From contig CM075989.1 in the NCBI GenBank assembly GCA_038087875.1, forward strand, positions 558,001 to 622,000: a stretch of DNA of 64,000 nucleotides. The letters run 5' to 3'. The position numbers were made by a program, and so were the translations under genes. The notes under the pieces were generated by a model. The model did not search any database and was not told the DNA's origin. It saw only the letters and a program-made list of their open reading frames with translations. The DNA is from Malacoraja senta. Lineage: Eukaryota. The stretch's first letter is position 1, and every line of letters begins with the position of its first letter. Positions 25,740 through 40,500 of the stretch are shown here, piece after piece.

Positions 25740-27955
25740 TCTATTATCTACGGGCCCCCAAACTGTAGCCTCGATATACAGTGCGTTGAATCAAGAGTTT
25801 AAATTGGCATGTCGCAAACGTAATGCTACAGTTGTTAAGGGAGATTTCAACATGCAGGTAGACTGGGAAAATCATGTTGGTGTTGGACCCCAAGAAAGGG
25901 AGTTTGTGGAGTACCTCCATGGGATTCTTAGAGCAGCTTGTACTGGAGCCAACCAGGGAGAAGGCAATTCTGGATTTAGTGTTGTGTAATGAACCGGATT
26001 TGATAAGGGATCTCGAGGTAAAGGAACCATTAGGACCATAATATGATAAATTTTAATCTACAATTTCAGAGGGAGATGAGAAAATCGGAAGTGTCAGCAC
26101 TACAGTTGAATAGAGGGGACTATGGAGCCATGAGGGAGCAGCTGGCTAAAGTTGACTGGAAAGATACCCTAGCATGGATGACTGTGGAACAACAATGGCA
26201 GGTATTTCTGGGAGTAATACAGAAGGTGCAGGATCAGTTTATTCCAAAGAGGATTAAAAGTAACATCAGCAAATTTGCAGATGACACAATGCTGGGTGGC
26301 AGTGTGAACTGTGAGGAGGATGCTATGAGGATGCAGGGTGGACAGGTTGGGTGAGTGGACAGATGTATGGCAGGTGCAGTTTAATTTGGATAAATGTGAG
26401 GTTATCCACTTTGGTGGCAAAAACAGGAAGGCAGAGTATTATCTGAATGGTGTCAAATTGGGAAAAGGGGAAGTACAATGAGAACTGGGGGCCTTGTTCA
26501 TCAGTCACTGAAAGTAAACATGTAGGTACAGCAGGCTGTGGAGAAATGTAATGGCATGTTGGCCTTCATAACAAGAGAAGTTGAGTGTAGGAGCAAAGAG
26601 GTCCTTCTCCTGTTCTACAGGGCCTTAGTCAGACCACAGCTGGAGTATTGTTTGCAATTTTGGTCTACAAATTTGAGGAAGGACATTCTTGCTATTGAGG
26701 GAGTGCAGCGTAGTTTCATGAGGTTAATCCGGGGATGACGGGACTGTCATATGTTGATAGATTGGAGCGGCTGGGCTTGTGTACTCTGGAATTTACAAGG
26801 ATGAGAGGGGATTTTATTGAAACATATTAGATTATTAAGGGATTGGACATGGTAGGGGCAGGAAACATGTTCCTGATGTTGGGGGAGTCCAGAACCAGGG
26901 GCCACAGTTTAAGAATAAGAGGTGAGCCATTTAGAACGGAGATGAGGAAAAACCTTTTCTGAATCTGTGGAATTCTCTGCCTCAGAAAGCAGGGGAGGCC
27001 AATTTTCTAGATGCTTTCAAGAGAGAGTTAGATGGATATCTTAAAGATAGTGGAGTCAGGGGATATGGTGAGAAGGCAGGAACGGGGTACTGATTGGGGA
27101 TGATCAGCCATGATCACGGTGAATGGCTCGAAGGGCCGAATTATTGTATATAAAGGAATTAACGGGTCATTTCAGAATGGCAGGCAGTGACTATTGCGGT
27201 GTCGCAAGGCAGAGTGCTGGGACCCCAGTTATTCACAATATATATTAACAATTTACACGGGGGAATTAACGTAAATGTAACTTCTCCAAGTTTGCGGATC
27301 ACACAAAGCTGGGTGGCAGTTCGAGCTGCGAGGAGGATGCTATGAGTCTGCAGGATGACTTGGATAGGTTGGGTGAGTGGGCAGATGCATGGCAGATGCA
27401 GTATAATGTGGATAAATGTGAGGTTATCCACTTTGGTGGAGGAACGGGAAGGCAGATTATTATCTGAATGGTGTCAAGGGGAGGTACAACGAGATCAGGG
27501 TGTCCTTCTATATCAGTCGCTGAAAGAAAGCATGCAGGTACTCTGGAATTTACAAGGATGAGAGAGTGAAGAAAGGTAATGGCATGTTGGCCTTCATTGC
27601 GAGATGGAGGAAAAAATGTTCCCCATGTTGGGGGAGTCCAGAAACAAGGGTCACAGTTTAAGAATAAGCAGTAGGCCATTTAGGACTGAGATGAGGAAAA
27701 ACCTTTTCACCCAGTGAGTTGTGAATCTGTGGAATTCTCTGTCACAGAAGGCAGTGGAGTCCAATTCATTGGATGTTTTCAAGAGAGAGTTAGATATAGT
27801 TCTTGGACCTAACAGAATCAAGGGATAAGGGGAAAAAGCAGGAACGGTGTACTGATTTTGGATGATTAGCCATGATCATATTGAATGGCGGTGCTGGCTC
27901 GAAGGGCTGAATGGCCGATTGCTGCACCTATTTTCTCTATATTTCTATGTTTCTG
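25740..27955 (+). mobile_element. Two decayed, internally deleted CR1 LINE copies in tandem
   Basis: GDFNMQVDW, KFADDT and LVRPQLEYC motifs; 3'UTRs at ~27070-27140 and ~27850-27955. Confidence 0.9.
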
Positions 27956-28149
27956 CACCTCCTGCGTAATTGTTGCGGTGAGAAGATCTCATGGTCTGGA
28001 TTGTGGAAATATTTGATGATAGATGCCGCCTTCCTGAGGCAACGCCTCAAGTGGATGCTTTCAATGTTGGGAGAGCTGTGACTGTGACTGTGCTGAGTCC
28101 ACCACTCTCAGCAGTCTCTTGCAAACCAGTGCATTGGAATTGGCAAGCC

Positions 28150-31100
28150 GACTTCTGGTGGCGCCAGGTTACACTACCAGACGCACACCTAGCTCCGCTC
28201 CCGAAAAATTAGCGATTTTTCACGTTAAAACGGGTGTACAGGTCGGAACCGATTTAAAAACCTTACCGGAGCTTCTGGTCGCCACGCTGATGACGTCATC
28301 AGTAAGCACGATGATTTAAATGGTGGTTTAAGGACTTTTAAATGAAAAGACTGTCTCCAGCTCAGAGTCCTCAGAAAACAGTTAAAAAACAGCTGCTGAA
28401 AAGCCTGAAGAATCCTGAAGAAGTTACCTCTGAAGTTCCTGAAGTGGCTGCAGAAATGGCTACAAGATCTAAGACAGATCTGGCTAAGGATAAAGAATTT
28501 GAGGATTTGAAGAAATCAGTGAGAGATATGAAAGATGAAATTTTGGATGAAAATAAAATTTTGATGGGAAAAATGATGGAAAAAATCGAAAAGATGATGG
28601 CGAATTCGAGTGCTGGTAATCAGAAGGTTATCGATTCACTTGGTATTACAAATAAATGAATTGATGATGTGAAAGGTGAACTATCGGGGAGAATTGATAA
28701 GGTGGAAGAAGCTACTACGGACAGGTTCACGGCTGTGCTTGAAACAGTGGCTGCAAGTATGGCTACAATCATGGAAATGGAGAAAAATATGGCTCGAATG
28801 GCTGAAGACATGGTGAAAATGAGGCAAGAACATGATCAAATGAAGCAAGAACATGATCAAACTTCAGGACAGATGGCGACTCAACTGGGGAAAGTTTCAG
28901 ACAAATGCCTGGACATGGAAGCTCGTTCTAGATGCCAGAATTTAAGAATTCTTGGAGTCTCAGAGGGAGCTGAGGGAAGGGACATTCGTGAGTTTGCTAT
29001 AGGATTACTCAAACAACTGCTTAATCTCCCCAAAGAACCCAAAATTGAAGTGGCACATCGAGTACCGAGATTTAAACCAAGATCTCAAGCAAGACCAGCC
29101 CACCAACGACAGATTATTGTGAAATTTCAGGACATTTCAGAACTGGAAGAGGTGATGAGTAAAATCAAATATGGAATGCAACTGAGGCTTGATAACGACA
29201 CTATCAAAATATTCAGGGACTATCCGTATGAAATTGTGCAAAAGAGAAATCAGTTCGCAAAGGCAAAAGACATTTGAAGGGGTATTCAAGATGTTAGATA
29301 CGGTGTCATTTATCCTGCTAAGATATGCATTACTTATGGGGGACGTGAGAGATCTTTTGTAAACCCGGAGGATGCGTACAGATATGCCCAGAGCATCGTG
29401 GAAAAGTAGCGAATACATGGAGGATATGCACAAACTTTTTTATTAGAATTCCACAGTTAATGGAGGATCTGAGGCTAAGAATCAGTTCTTGTAGGGTTTA
29501 AAAAAAACTTATTTGAAGAATCCTCCAAGCTTAGGATGGCTAGACTTGTTATCTGTGGAATTTTAACTCAAGGACTTTCTGTGTTACAAACGAAGCAAAC
29601 AGCCGAGCTGAAGAGAGTGGACTATACCAGAAGCATTAACTGTTTAAGAGATTAAAATCATAAATCATATTGTAAGAACTAATCCTATTAACAATTTAAC
29701 AATTTAATAAGCTAACAATATTAAACTAGAAATAGTAACGGACACTAACAAGAAAGAACAATGAACTAACATAACTAACACAAATTTTTACTAAATCTAA
29801 ACATTATCTATAACTGGGAGGGGGGGAGGAGAAACGAGCAACTGGCTTAGATCCAGGAGCACGTTTCACGTTAACCCCTTCAACCAACAGTTGATTATTA
29901 TTGAAGGTAAAATCATTTGTTTAATAATTAGTAATTAGTAGATAAAATTGTTACATATATATGATATGTTATAACGAAATATATAGGGTAAATCTGTATT
30001 ATATATCTGATTGCGAGGCCCCGTCCTATTATGTTATGATTAACCAATGGTGCGGAGTTATTTGTTTAACATCAACAATGGAAGTCATTACAAGGTTTTC
30101 TCCCACCTACAGGTGGGCCACTTGTTACAGTGTCGACCATTTTAGACACTGTATTTTCACTTTTTCAATTTTTTTAAAATTATTATTACCACATCAAGTC
30201 ACATGTTCGTGTTTTTTGTTTAGTGATAAGCGTAAAAGGGATATGCCAACAAAACTTAGCAATGCAAAGGTTCCCCCAATACCCAAAGACCTGAGATATG
30301 GATGCACCGTAAGATTTAAAGGTATTATAACTATTCAAAATGCAAGATGTTAAACAAAAGAACCTAGGAGGAGTCACATTCTGCAGTTGGAATATAAGAG
30401 GTATTAATGAACCTATTAAAAGGGGTAAGATATTAGCTCAGCTGAAATTGTACAATCCTGACATCATTTTTTTTACAAGAAACCCATCTAAAATCCCAGG
30501 ATCAAGCTAGGTTGAGGGCGAATTGGATAGGTCAAACATATCATTCTTCATATACTTCGAAATCTAGAGGTAAGTCAATCATTATTCGAAAAGGCATACC
30601 ATTCAAAGCAAAGAATACCATAACAGATAATGAAGGGAGATATTTGATAGTTACCGGAGAAATTCATGATACTCCAATTACCTTGGTAAATATATACGCG
30701 CCTAACTTTGATAATCCTCATTTTTTCAATAACATTCTGAACATAATCGCAGAATTTAATTATCAAAATGTTATAATAGGAGGAGACTTTAACTGTGTTT
30801 TAGATCCGTATTTAGACAAATCTAGCCAAAAACAGAGAGGTAATACGAAATCTAAAACTAATGAACTCTTAAATACTTATATAAATAATACCAATATAAC
30901 AGATGTTTGGAGAATTGCTAATCTGACTGGCAGGGAATACTCGTTTTACTCAATGGTACACAAAACATACTCATGTATAGATTATTTCCTGGTGGATACA
31001 AAATTAATCCCTCACACTGTGAACCCATTATACCATACAAATTCGATTTCAGATCATTCACCACTAACTTTCTTTTTAAAACTGGAAAGAATGTCTCAGA

Positions 31101-34100
31101 AGAAATCGTTTTGGAGATTCAATTCTCAAATCCTAAAAGATCCGCAAGCGAGTATATATTAAAAAAAACAAATGGACGTCTTTTTTGAAATAAATGACAC
31201 TCCAGATATATCGCCTACTTTATTATGGTAATCTTTTAAAGCATTTATTAGAGGTGTTATAATCTCATACCAAGTTTTCAAAATAAAAAGAATAAGAATG
31301 AACAAAGACAGTTAGAAGAACAAATTAGACAAATGGATATAGATAATGCTATGGATAAACATAATAAAATAATAATTTTGAATTTTAAATTAAACAAACT
31401 ATTATCAGCCAAACTTATAAGACTTTCCCAAATTACAAGACAGGAACACTTCGAATTTGGGGATAAACCACATAAACTTTTGTCTCGTCAGGTAAAAAAA
31501 CGAGAAAAAGAACATACGATCCAAAAGATTAAATCAGATAGAGGGGAATTACTAACTTTACCGAATGATATTAATAAAAGATTTGCGCAATTTTATGAGA
31601 ATTTGTACACATCTAAATCGACAATGGACACCAATAAAATTACAGAGTTCTTGGATAACTGTAATCTTCCAAAGTTAGAGTTGAAGGAACAAGAGGAATT
31701 GGGTGCACAAATTTCAACCAAGGAATTAGAAGACACAATAAATTCATTAAAGAATGGAAAAACTCCAGGTCCTGACGGATTTACTAATGAATTTTATAAA
31801 AGTTTTTATGCCAAATTATACCACGGTTACAAAAAATGTATCAATATGCCTTTAAAGAACAAATATTACCTGATACATTAGCTGAATCAACGATCACAAT
31901 AATACTCAAAAAAGATAAAGATATAGAAGAACCGGGTTCATATAGAGCTATAGCATTGTTAAATACAGTTTAAAAAAATATTAGTAAATTAATAAACCCA
32001 GATCAGACGGGGTTTATCCCTAAGAGATATTCATCTAATAATATGAGACGACTACTCAATATAATGCACTCACATAAAATTGAAGAACAAGAATTATCAA
32101 TTATTTCGTTGGACGCTGAAAAAGCATTTGATCAAGTAGAATGGAATTATATGGATAAAGTATTACAACAATTCCAATTGGGAGAGAATTTTATTTTATG
32201 GATTAAATTATTATATAATAAGCCCACAGCTAGAATATTAACTAATAACATATTATCTTCGAAATTCCAACTATCAAGGGGTAATAGACAAGGATGCTCA
32301 TTATCACTTCAGTTATTTGCTCTCATAATTGAACCTTTAGCAGAAAAAATTAGAACACATCCAGATATCCATGGCTATAACACTAAATATTCAAATAATA
32401 AAATATCGTTATATGCGGATGATATATTATTTACATCACAAAACCTCAAATTACTATACCAAACATACTAAATCTAATTGAGGACTTTGGATCCTTTTCT
32501 GGATACAGAATAAATTGGAATAAAAGTGAAATTATGTCAATAAAACCGATACACTCAACACATCTCTTAAAATTCCCTTTTAAAATAGCTACAGAAAAAT
32601 TTAAATACTTGGGTGTTGAAATTACCAGAACATATCAAGGCATGTTCAAAGCAAATTATAATCCTCTACTTAATAAATTAAATACATTAATTAAATTTAG
32701 GAAAACGCTTCTGATGTCTTTAATAGGTTGAATAAATGCAATAAAAATGATCTTTTTACCACAAATTCTATACCTATTTCAATCAATTCCTATATATCTA
32801 CCAAAGAAGTTTAAAAAAAAATTGGATTCAGACATTACTAATTTTATATGGGATTATAAATCCCATAGAATACAAAGAACACACTTGAACAAAGCTAAAG
32901 TATTAGGGGGCTTAGCACTCCCTAACTTTATGTATTATTATTGGTCAGTAAATATTAAAAATATGATTCAACTGATGGACAACTCTGCCCAGCAAGTGGA
33001 CTGGATTGTAATGGAGAGAGAGGACTGCTCCTCTTGTAATATTGGAGCGATCCTCCTCTCACCAATGAAACTGAATAACATAAATTATAACAAAAACCCA
33101 ATTATACATAGTACAATCAGAACTTGGAAGCAAATAAAACAAAATTTAAAATTAAGAAATCTATCGCTTTTATCTCTAATAGTTAATAACCCTTTGTTTA
33201 ATCCCTCTATTACAGACAAATCATTTATACTATGGGATAGACTAGGAATTAAAACATTCGGAGACTTGTTTGAAACTGGAAAATTACTATCATTCCAACA
33301 ATTACAAATAAAATATAAACTGGGAAATAATCAATATTTTAAATATTTTCAAATATAAGACTATTTAAAAAAAATATACAAAAGATCATTATAATATCCC
33401 AGCAGATGTACTGGATGAAGCAATGCATGTAAAAGCTGAATCAGCAAACTTAATATCGTATTTGTTTAATATTATCTGAAATGTAGAAATATCATCTACG
33501 GAAGGTACTAGAAGAGACTGGGAACAAGAATTAGCTATTAAAATTTCAAAGGAAAGGTGGAATGAACATTTATTAAATGTGCATAAATGCTCGATTAATG
33601 TAAGACACACTTTAATACAATTCAAAATTTTACACAGATTATATTATTCAAAAACTAAAATTAATATAATTTTCCCCAATGTATCATCTATTTGCGATAA
33701 ATGTCAATCTCAAGAAGCTACTATAGCGCACTCATTTGTTTTTTGTACAAAAATCCAAAAATGTTGTATTGACATTTTTGAAATCTTTACAATATTATTT
33801 AAAATAAAACTGACACCAAAAGCAGAATGGATTATCTTCGGAGCAACGGAAGATAGCTCTGAACTAAATATGTTTCAAAAGAAATTAGTTGATTATGGGT
33901 TAATAACTGGAAAAAAGCGTAACCTAAAATTTTGGAAAAACGCCCCAATACCAACTATAAACATGTGGATTTAAAATATGTTTGAAACATTACACTTAGA
34001 AGAGATAAGACTCCTCCTGGCAGGCAAATCAGATCACTTCCATCTGACGTGGTCTGCATTTATAGAACTATTACAAACATAAGGTGCAAAAGTACTTTAA

Positions 34101-34460
34101 AAAGTACCGATGTCAGGTAAAGGGGGATGAAAGGTGGTGAGTTGGTATACCCCATTTGCGAGATGCTTATAATAAAGTACTTGTGCTTCTCTTCTTTCTC
34201 TTTTGTTTCTTCTTTAGGGTCTATCTCTTAATCTTTTCTTTCCAATCTCTTTTCTACAGGGTCTCTGTTCTTTCCTGTTGACACGTTTTTACACTTTCAC
34301 TACTTTCCCTCACTTTCTCTTCTTTCTTAATTTCAACCTTCTCTCTTTATTAGTTTTTAAAAATGATGGACACATTAATTGTAATAAGATATACGTGATG
34401 AGTACTAATGTAATTTGTTGTAATGTAATGTACTTCTAATAAATAAAATTTAAAAAAAAA
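28150..34460 (+). mobile_element. Full-length but inactivated L1-type LINE (ORF1 28342-~29410, long spacer, ORF2 ~30343-34082)
   Basis: 5' GACTTCTGGTGGCG start. Coiled-coil ORF1 'EARSR.QNLRILGV.EG..EVAHR'. ORF2 EN/RT/Cys motifs with stops and frameshifts. AATAAA and poly-A. Degenerate TSD aattggcaagcc/aattggcgaacc (28138/34463). Confidence 0.95.
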
Positions 34461-34699
34461 GTAATTGGCGAACCAGGCCATGATGCAACCAGTCAGGATA
34501 CTTTCTACAGTGCATCTGTAGATGTTTGTTAGAGTACTGGGTGACATGGCAAATTTCCCTAAACTTGTAAGCAAGTAAAAGTGCTACCGCTTTCTTTGTG
34601 ATTGCATTATGTACCGGGCTCAGTACAGGTCATCCGAGAGGTAATGCCCAGGACGTTAAAAATGCTAACCTGCTGACCGATCCAGACCTTATCTGTCCA

Positions 34700-36845
34700 A
34701 TTCTTGAGGGAATGTGGTGATGTGGGGGAGGGAGTGTGTGTGGGGGAGGGGGGAGGGTCGGTGTGGTGGGGGTGTGTGTCTGGGGGAGGGGGTTGTGGGG
34801 GTGTGGGGAGATGGGGGGTGTAGGGGAATGGTGGGTGTGGGGGAGGGGGGTGTGGGGGAGGGGGGTTGTGGGGGTGTGTGGTGGATGGGAGGTGTGGGCC
34901 AGGGGGGGTTGGGGGAGAGGGATGTGGGGGAGGAGAGGTGTGGCAGAGGGGGATGTGGGGGGTTGTGGTGTGGGGGTGGGCTGGTGTGGGGGGGAGGGGG
35001 CGGTGTGGGGGGGATGGTGTGGGGGGAGAGAGTGGTGTTGGGGGAGGGGTGGTGTTGGGAGGAGGCGGTTGTTTGGGGGTTGGGAAAGGGTGTTGGAGTG
35101 GGCGGGGTGGTGTGGGGTGTGGTGGTGTGGGGGGGAGTGGGTGGTGTAGGGGAGGAGGTGGTGTGGGGTAGAGGGGGTTCGTGTGGGGGGAAGGTGGTGG
35201 TGTGAGGGGAATGGTGTGGGGGGGAGGGGGTAATGTGGGTGGAGGGGTGATCTAGTGGGGAGGAGGTGGTTTGGGGGGAGGAGGTGGTGTGGGAGGGAGG
35301 GGGTGGTCTGGAGTGGGTGGGGTGGTGTGAGGGGGGGGTTGCAGGGTGGAGGAATTGGGAGGTGTAAAGGGGGGTGTGGGTTTGTGGGGGGAGGGGTGTG
35401 TGGAGTGGAGGGGGAGGGGGGAGGGGGGAGGGGGGAGGGGGGAGGGGAAGAGGTGAAGGTTACAGGTGGTGTGTGTGGGAAGGAGGGGGAGGGGAGGGGG
35501 AAGGGGGGAGTGTGAGGGGGAGGTTGGGTGGGGGAGGGACTCCACTTAGCGGCCACCGGCCACAGCTCCACATAGCACCTACCGACTCCACATTGCTGCT
35601 TTCCCTGAAGAGGATGGTAGGAGGTTGCAGGGTGACCTGGATAGGTTGAGCGAGTGGGCAGATACATGGCAGATGCAGTATAATATAGATAAATGTGCGG
35701 TTATCCACTTTGGCGGCAAAAACAAGGGGGCAGATTATTATCTCAATAGGGTTAGTTTAGGTAAGGGGGAGGTGCAGCGAGACCTGGGTGTCCTTGTACA
35801 CCGGTCACTGAAAGTTGGCTTACAAGTACAGCAGGCAGTGAAGAAAGCTAATGGAATGCTGGCCTTCATAACAAGAGGATTTCAGTATAGGAGTAAAGAG
35901 GTTCTTCTGCAGTTGTATAGGGCTCTGGTGAGACCACATCTGGAGTATTGTGTACAGTTTTGGTCTCCTAATTTGAGGAAGGACATCCTTGTGATTGAGG
36001 CAGTGCAGCGTAGGTTCACGAGATTGATCCCTGGGATGGTGGGGCTGTCATATGAGGAAAGATAGGAAAGACTAGGCTTGTATTCACTGGAGTTTAGGAT
36101 GAGGGGGGATCTTACAGAATCATATAAAATTATAAAAGGACTGGACAAGCTAGATGCAGGAAAAATTTTCCCAATATTGGGCGAGTCAAGAACCAGGGGC
36201 CACAGTCTTAGAATAAAGGGGAGGTCATTTAAGACTGATGTGAGAAAAAACGTTTTCACCCAGAGAGTTGTGAATTTATGGAATTCCCTGCCACAGAGGG
36301 CAGTGGAGGCCAAATCACTGGATGGATTTAAGAGAGTTAGATAGAGCTCTAGGGGATAGTGGAGTCAAGGGATATGGGGAGAAGGCAGGCACGGGTTATT
36401 GATTGGGGACGATCAGCCATGATCATAATGAATGGCGGTGCTGGCTTGAAGGGCCGAATGGCTTCCTGCACCTATTTTCTATGTTTCTATGTTTCCCGCC
36501 TCCACACAGCGGCATTCCCGACTCCACTCTTGCGGACCCAAATAGCACGGCTTGTTTAGTCAGCCCTGCTTCAGTGACTTTAATCTTCAGCGGGTGCCAG
36601 AAGAGGCGTTACCTTCATTGTGACCGACAGGCGAGAAGACCAATCTGCTGATGTCACGATTTTTTAAACCTTCGTAACTTTTCTCATATTTCACCAATCA
36701 GAACAAACCTTGGTGTCTTGGACTAGAAGAGAACATTGAGTAAGGTGGCAAAAAATCCTAGTGATATAGCGTAGCGTTTTTGCACAAATTTAATGACAAT
36801 GCAGACCGGAAGTGCTCAAGATGAGAGTTTTAGTAATAGTATAGA
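34700..36845 (-). mobile_element. Non-autonomous Helitron-like element with G-rich interior, interrupted by a CR1
   Basis: Minus strand begins A|TCTATACTATTACTAAAAC at 36845. Subterminal block is shared with the other copies. 3' hairpin not found, so the left boundary is approximate. Confidence 0.65.
35606..36491 (+). mobile_element. 5'-truncated CR1 LINE
   Basis: ORF2 C-terminus, (TTTCTATG)n tail, TSD TTTCCC at 35600/36492. Confidence 0.92.
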
Positions 36846-37080
36846 TAGATAGAAGGTAGAAGATGATAGATAGACTGACAGAAGATGATAGATAGACTGG
36901 CAGAAGATGATAGATAGACTGACAGAAGCTGGAAGATAGACTGACAAAGGATGGAAGGATAGATGGATAGATGGATAGATGGATAGATGGATAGATGGAT
37001 AGATGGATAGATGGATAGATGGATAGATGGATAGATGGATAGATGGATAGATGGATAGATGGATAGATAGATAAATAGAT
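36846..37080 (+). repeat. (GATA)/(GATGGATA)n microsatellite with a 24-bp higher-order unit
   Basis: Direct reading. Confidence 0.95.
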
Positions 37081-38089
37081 GAGAGGCAGAGACAGGGTAG
37101 ACAGTCAGAACCTTTTTTTCCAGGATGGAAATGTCAAAGACAAAAGGGCATAATGTTAAGGTGAGAGAGGCAAAGTTTACCAGAGATGTGCTGGGAAATA
37201 ATTTTTAATGGTGGGGGGGCTGAAATGTGGTACCAGGGGTGGTGATAGTGTCAGATACAACAGTGGTGTTGAACGGCTTTAAATACATACATGGATATGC
37301 AGGAAATGGAGAGATATAGATCATGTACAGGCAGAGGAGATTACTTTAACTTAGCATCATCGTTGGCATAATGACAGGGCCAAAGGGCCTGTTTCTATGT
37401 TGTACTCTTCTATGCTTTATGTAGAAAAATCCATTTTGGTCTTTCTGAAATGGATTTACTTTGCAACTTAAAAGAAGTGTAAAGGCACAATAGATTTTCA
37501 TGTGGGGAGGATGTTTGTCTCAGAATAAGAAGTTTAATCTGGAATTAATATTTTTCATGCAGAGTAAGTTAAAGCTGTGGAAGGTCAGTTATGGAGTTCA
37601 TTTAAAACAGGATTAATATATTTCTGGGCATTCGCCTAAACAAGGGATATGGAGAGAGTGCAAGAACATGTGAATAAAGAATTTGCCACAACCTTGAAGA
37701 ATGGCAGAGCAAGCTCCAAGGGACAAATAGCCTTCTGTTATTTGTCGTAACACTTATGTTCATGTTTCTGAACAGCTTGTAATATTAATATTCTGTCCTC
37801 TACAGATGTTGCCTGACTTGCTGAATATTTCCTGCATTGTCAATTTTGATTCAGAATACCAGCATTTGCAACTTTTTGGCTTTTACTCAATGAAGCACGA
37901 TATTCCTGTTTTGCTTATTGTGTTGAGGGTACACAGGGTTTGAAGAATGTTCTTGGTGTTATAAAATAGCCTCTGGGATCATCTCTCAAATGACCTCCAG
38001 AATGGATTGTCTTAACACCATCTTTCCATTCACACATCAGACCTATTCTGAACTGAGCCTTGACTCAGTTTGTTTTCTGTTTCCCAACA

Positions 38090-38397
38090 CCCTCTCAACC
38101 TCTTCCAACCCCTTCACCCCTCTCTATCTCTGTAAACCCCACCAACTATACACCCCTCTATCTCTGTAAAACCCTCCAACCCCTACACCCCTGTATGTAA
38201 ACATCTCCAACTCCTACACCCCTCTATGTAAACCTCTCCAACCATTACACCCCTCTATGTAAACCTCTCCAACCCCTACACCCCTCTATATCTCTGTAAA
38301 GGCCTCCAACTCCTAAACCCATCTTTATATCTCTTAACCCCACCAACCCCTACACCTATCCATGTCCCTGTAAATACCCCTCCCTGTCGCTGTAACC
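38090..38397 (+). repeat. C-rich minisatellite (~31-37 bp, ccaacccctacacccctctatgtaaacct)
   Basis: Degenerate tandem copies. Confidence 0.85.
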
Positions 38398-39159
38398 TTT
38401 TGTGTCTATCTTCGGTTTAAACCAGCATCTGCAGTTCCTTTTTACACACCTGTTGTGAAGTGCCCATCCAGCTCATCCATCACCAGCCCGTCACTAGCAG
38501 ACCTGATCATGGACTGTGAGTAGACACAAAATGCTCGAGTAGCTCAGAGGGACAGGCAGTATCTCTGGAGAGAAGGATCGGGTGATGTTGAGAAAGATTA
38601 AACGATTTTAAAGTTACAAAATGGATTCAGCTGTAGAATTAGAAGCAAGAAAGGCTTTCACCTTTCTCCTATTACACTAGCAAGGCTAACAAAGGTGTTT
38701 GCGCTATTCTTCCATAATACCAGGGAGATAACAGGACAATACTTGAATGTTTATAACATAGATCAAAACAATCATGGGAATGTTCACATTCTTGGCTCCT
38801 CCCCTTGCTCTATAAGATTATAATGTGCATCAATAAAGTTTTTTTTTTAAATGCTTGATCTGCAGAAAAATAGACCATATATGGGCTAGCCCTTCCTCTG
38901 TCGGAAGAACCTGTCAATCTTAACAAGCAAGAGGTTGTACAATGCTCTGTGAGATAAATTATTGCAGAATCGCTGATTATTGGGGTATAAATATATCTGA
39001 TTGAACATTACCCCTTTGTGTGGGGATAGAGTGAACCTATAGTTTGTATATTACATACTGTAAGAGTTTTCTGCCACACCCGCCTGATGAAATAAAGATT
39101 TTACTACTTGATTACTAATGTTATTGCGTTTTTGTCTGTTTGAAGTGAAACGAACAATA

Positions 39160-40310
39160 ACAATGTTTAGGGCCGAGACCCTTCTTCGGTGGTTAGGGAT
39201 ATGGGAAACAAGAGATATAGACGGTGATGTAGAGAGATAAAGAACTTTGAATGAAAGATATGCAAAAAGGTAACGATGATAAAGGAAACAGGCCACTGTT
39301 AGTGGTTTTGTCGGGTGAAAATGAGAAGCTCGTGCGACTTGGGTGGGTGTGGGATAGAGAGAGAGGGAATGCCGGGGCTACTGGAAATGAGAGAAATGAA
39401 TAATCATACCACTAGGCTGTAAGTTGCCCAAGTGCAATATGAGATGCTGTTCCTCCAATTAGCGTTGAGCCTCACTCTGATAATGGAGGAGACCTAGGAC
39501 GTAAAGGTCTGTGTAGGAATGGGGAGGAGAATTAAAGTGTCCAACAACCGGAAGTTCAGGTTGGTTAAGGCGGGCTGAGCGAAGGTGTTACGCGAAACGT
39601 TTGCCCAGTCTGCATTTTGTCTCGCTGATGTATAAAAGTCCACATCTTGAACAATGGATACAGTAGATGAGGTTAGAGGAGGTGCAAATGAACCTCTGCC
39701 TAATCTGAAAGGACTGTTGGGGTCCATGGACGGAGTCGAGGGAGGAAGTATAGCGACAGGCGTTTCATCTTCTGCAGCTACAGAGGAAGGTACCTGGAGA
39801 GGGAGTGGTTTGGGTGGGAAGGGATGAGATAACCAGGGAGTTGTGGAGGGAACAGTTTCTGCAGAAGGCGGAAAGGGGTGGATATGGGAATATGTGGCTA
39901 GTGGTGGGATCCCGTTGCAGGTGGGGGAAATTTCAGAAGATTATGTGTTGTATGTGACAGCTGATGGGGTGGACATTAAGGACTTGGGGGGACTGTCTCT
40001 GGTGTGTCCAGGGAGAGGGGGAGCAAGGGTGGAACTGTGGGGTACTGACGAGACACAAGTGAGGGCCTCATCTATGATGGGAGCGGGGAAGCCCCATTCT
40101 CTAAAGAATGAGGACATCTCAGATGTCCTAGTATGGAACACCTCATCCTGGGCGCAGATGCGTCATAGACGGAGGAATAGTGAGTCAGGGATAGAGTCTT
40201 TGCAGGAAGCAGGGATGGAAGAAGTGTAGTCAAGATAGTTGTGGGAGTCAGTGGGTTTGTAATAAATGTCAGTCAATAGTCTATTTCCTGTGATGGTGAC
40301 TGTGAGATCA
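39160..40310 (-). mobile_element. Penelope-like element, 3' part (RT C-terminus, GIY-YIG region, pLTR)
   Basis: LDLTV..TDIYYKPTDSHNYLDYTSS.P.SCKDSIP, FHTRTSEMSSFF..GFP. Terminal motif reverse-complements to 'gaagaagggtctcggccctaaac'. Confidence 0.85.
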
Positions 40311-40500
40311 AGCATGGACTGTGGTTCTCTGCGGTGTTCTGACTGTGAGATGCTGCTTATCACAGCTGACAATATCTGGAATGATTCAGGTCTGGATGGT
40401 GCCGGTGATGCCAGCAATTATTGCCCATTAGGAGCAGGGAGCCACCCTGGATGCACTCTGTACCCTGTTAAAGACAACTTTAGTACACAACACATGCAAG

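Noticed and set aside
37890..37943. Hydrophobic mini-ORF MKHDIPVLLIVLR as a leader exon
   Set aside because: Available GT donors are phase 0, incompatible with the phase-1 V exon. A better leader exists at 50187-50226.
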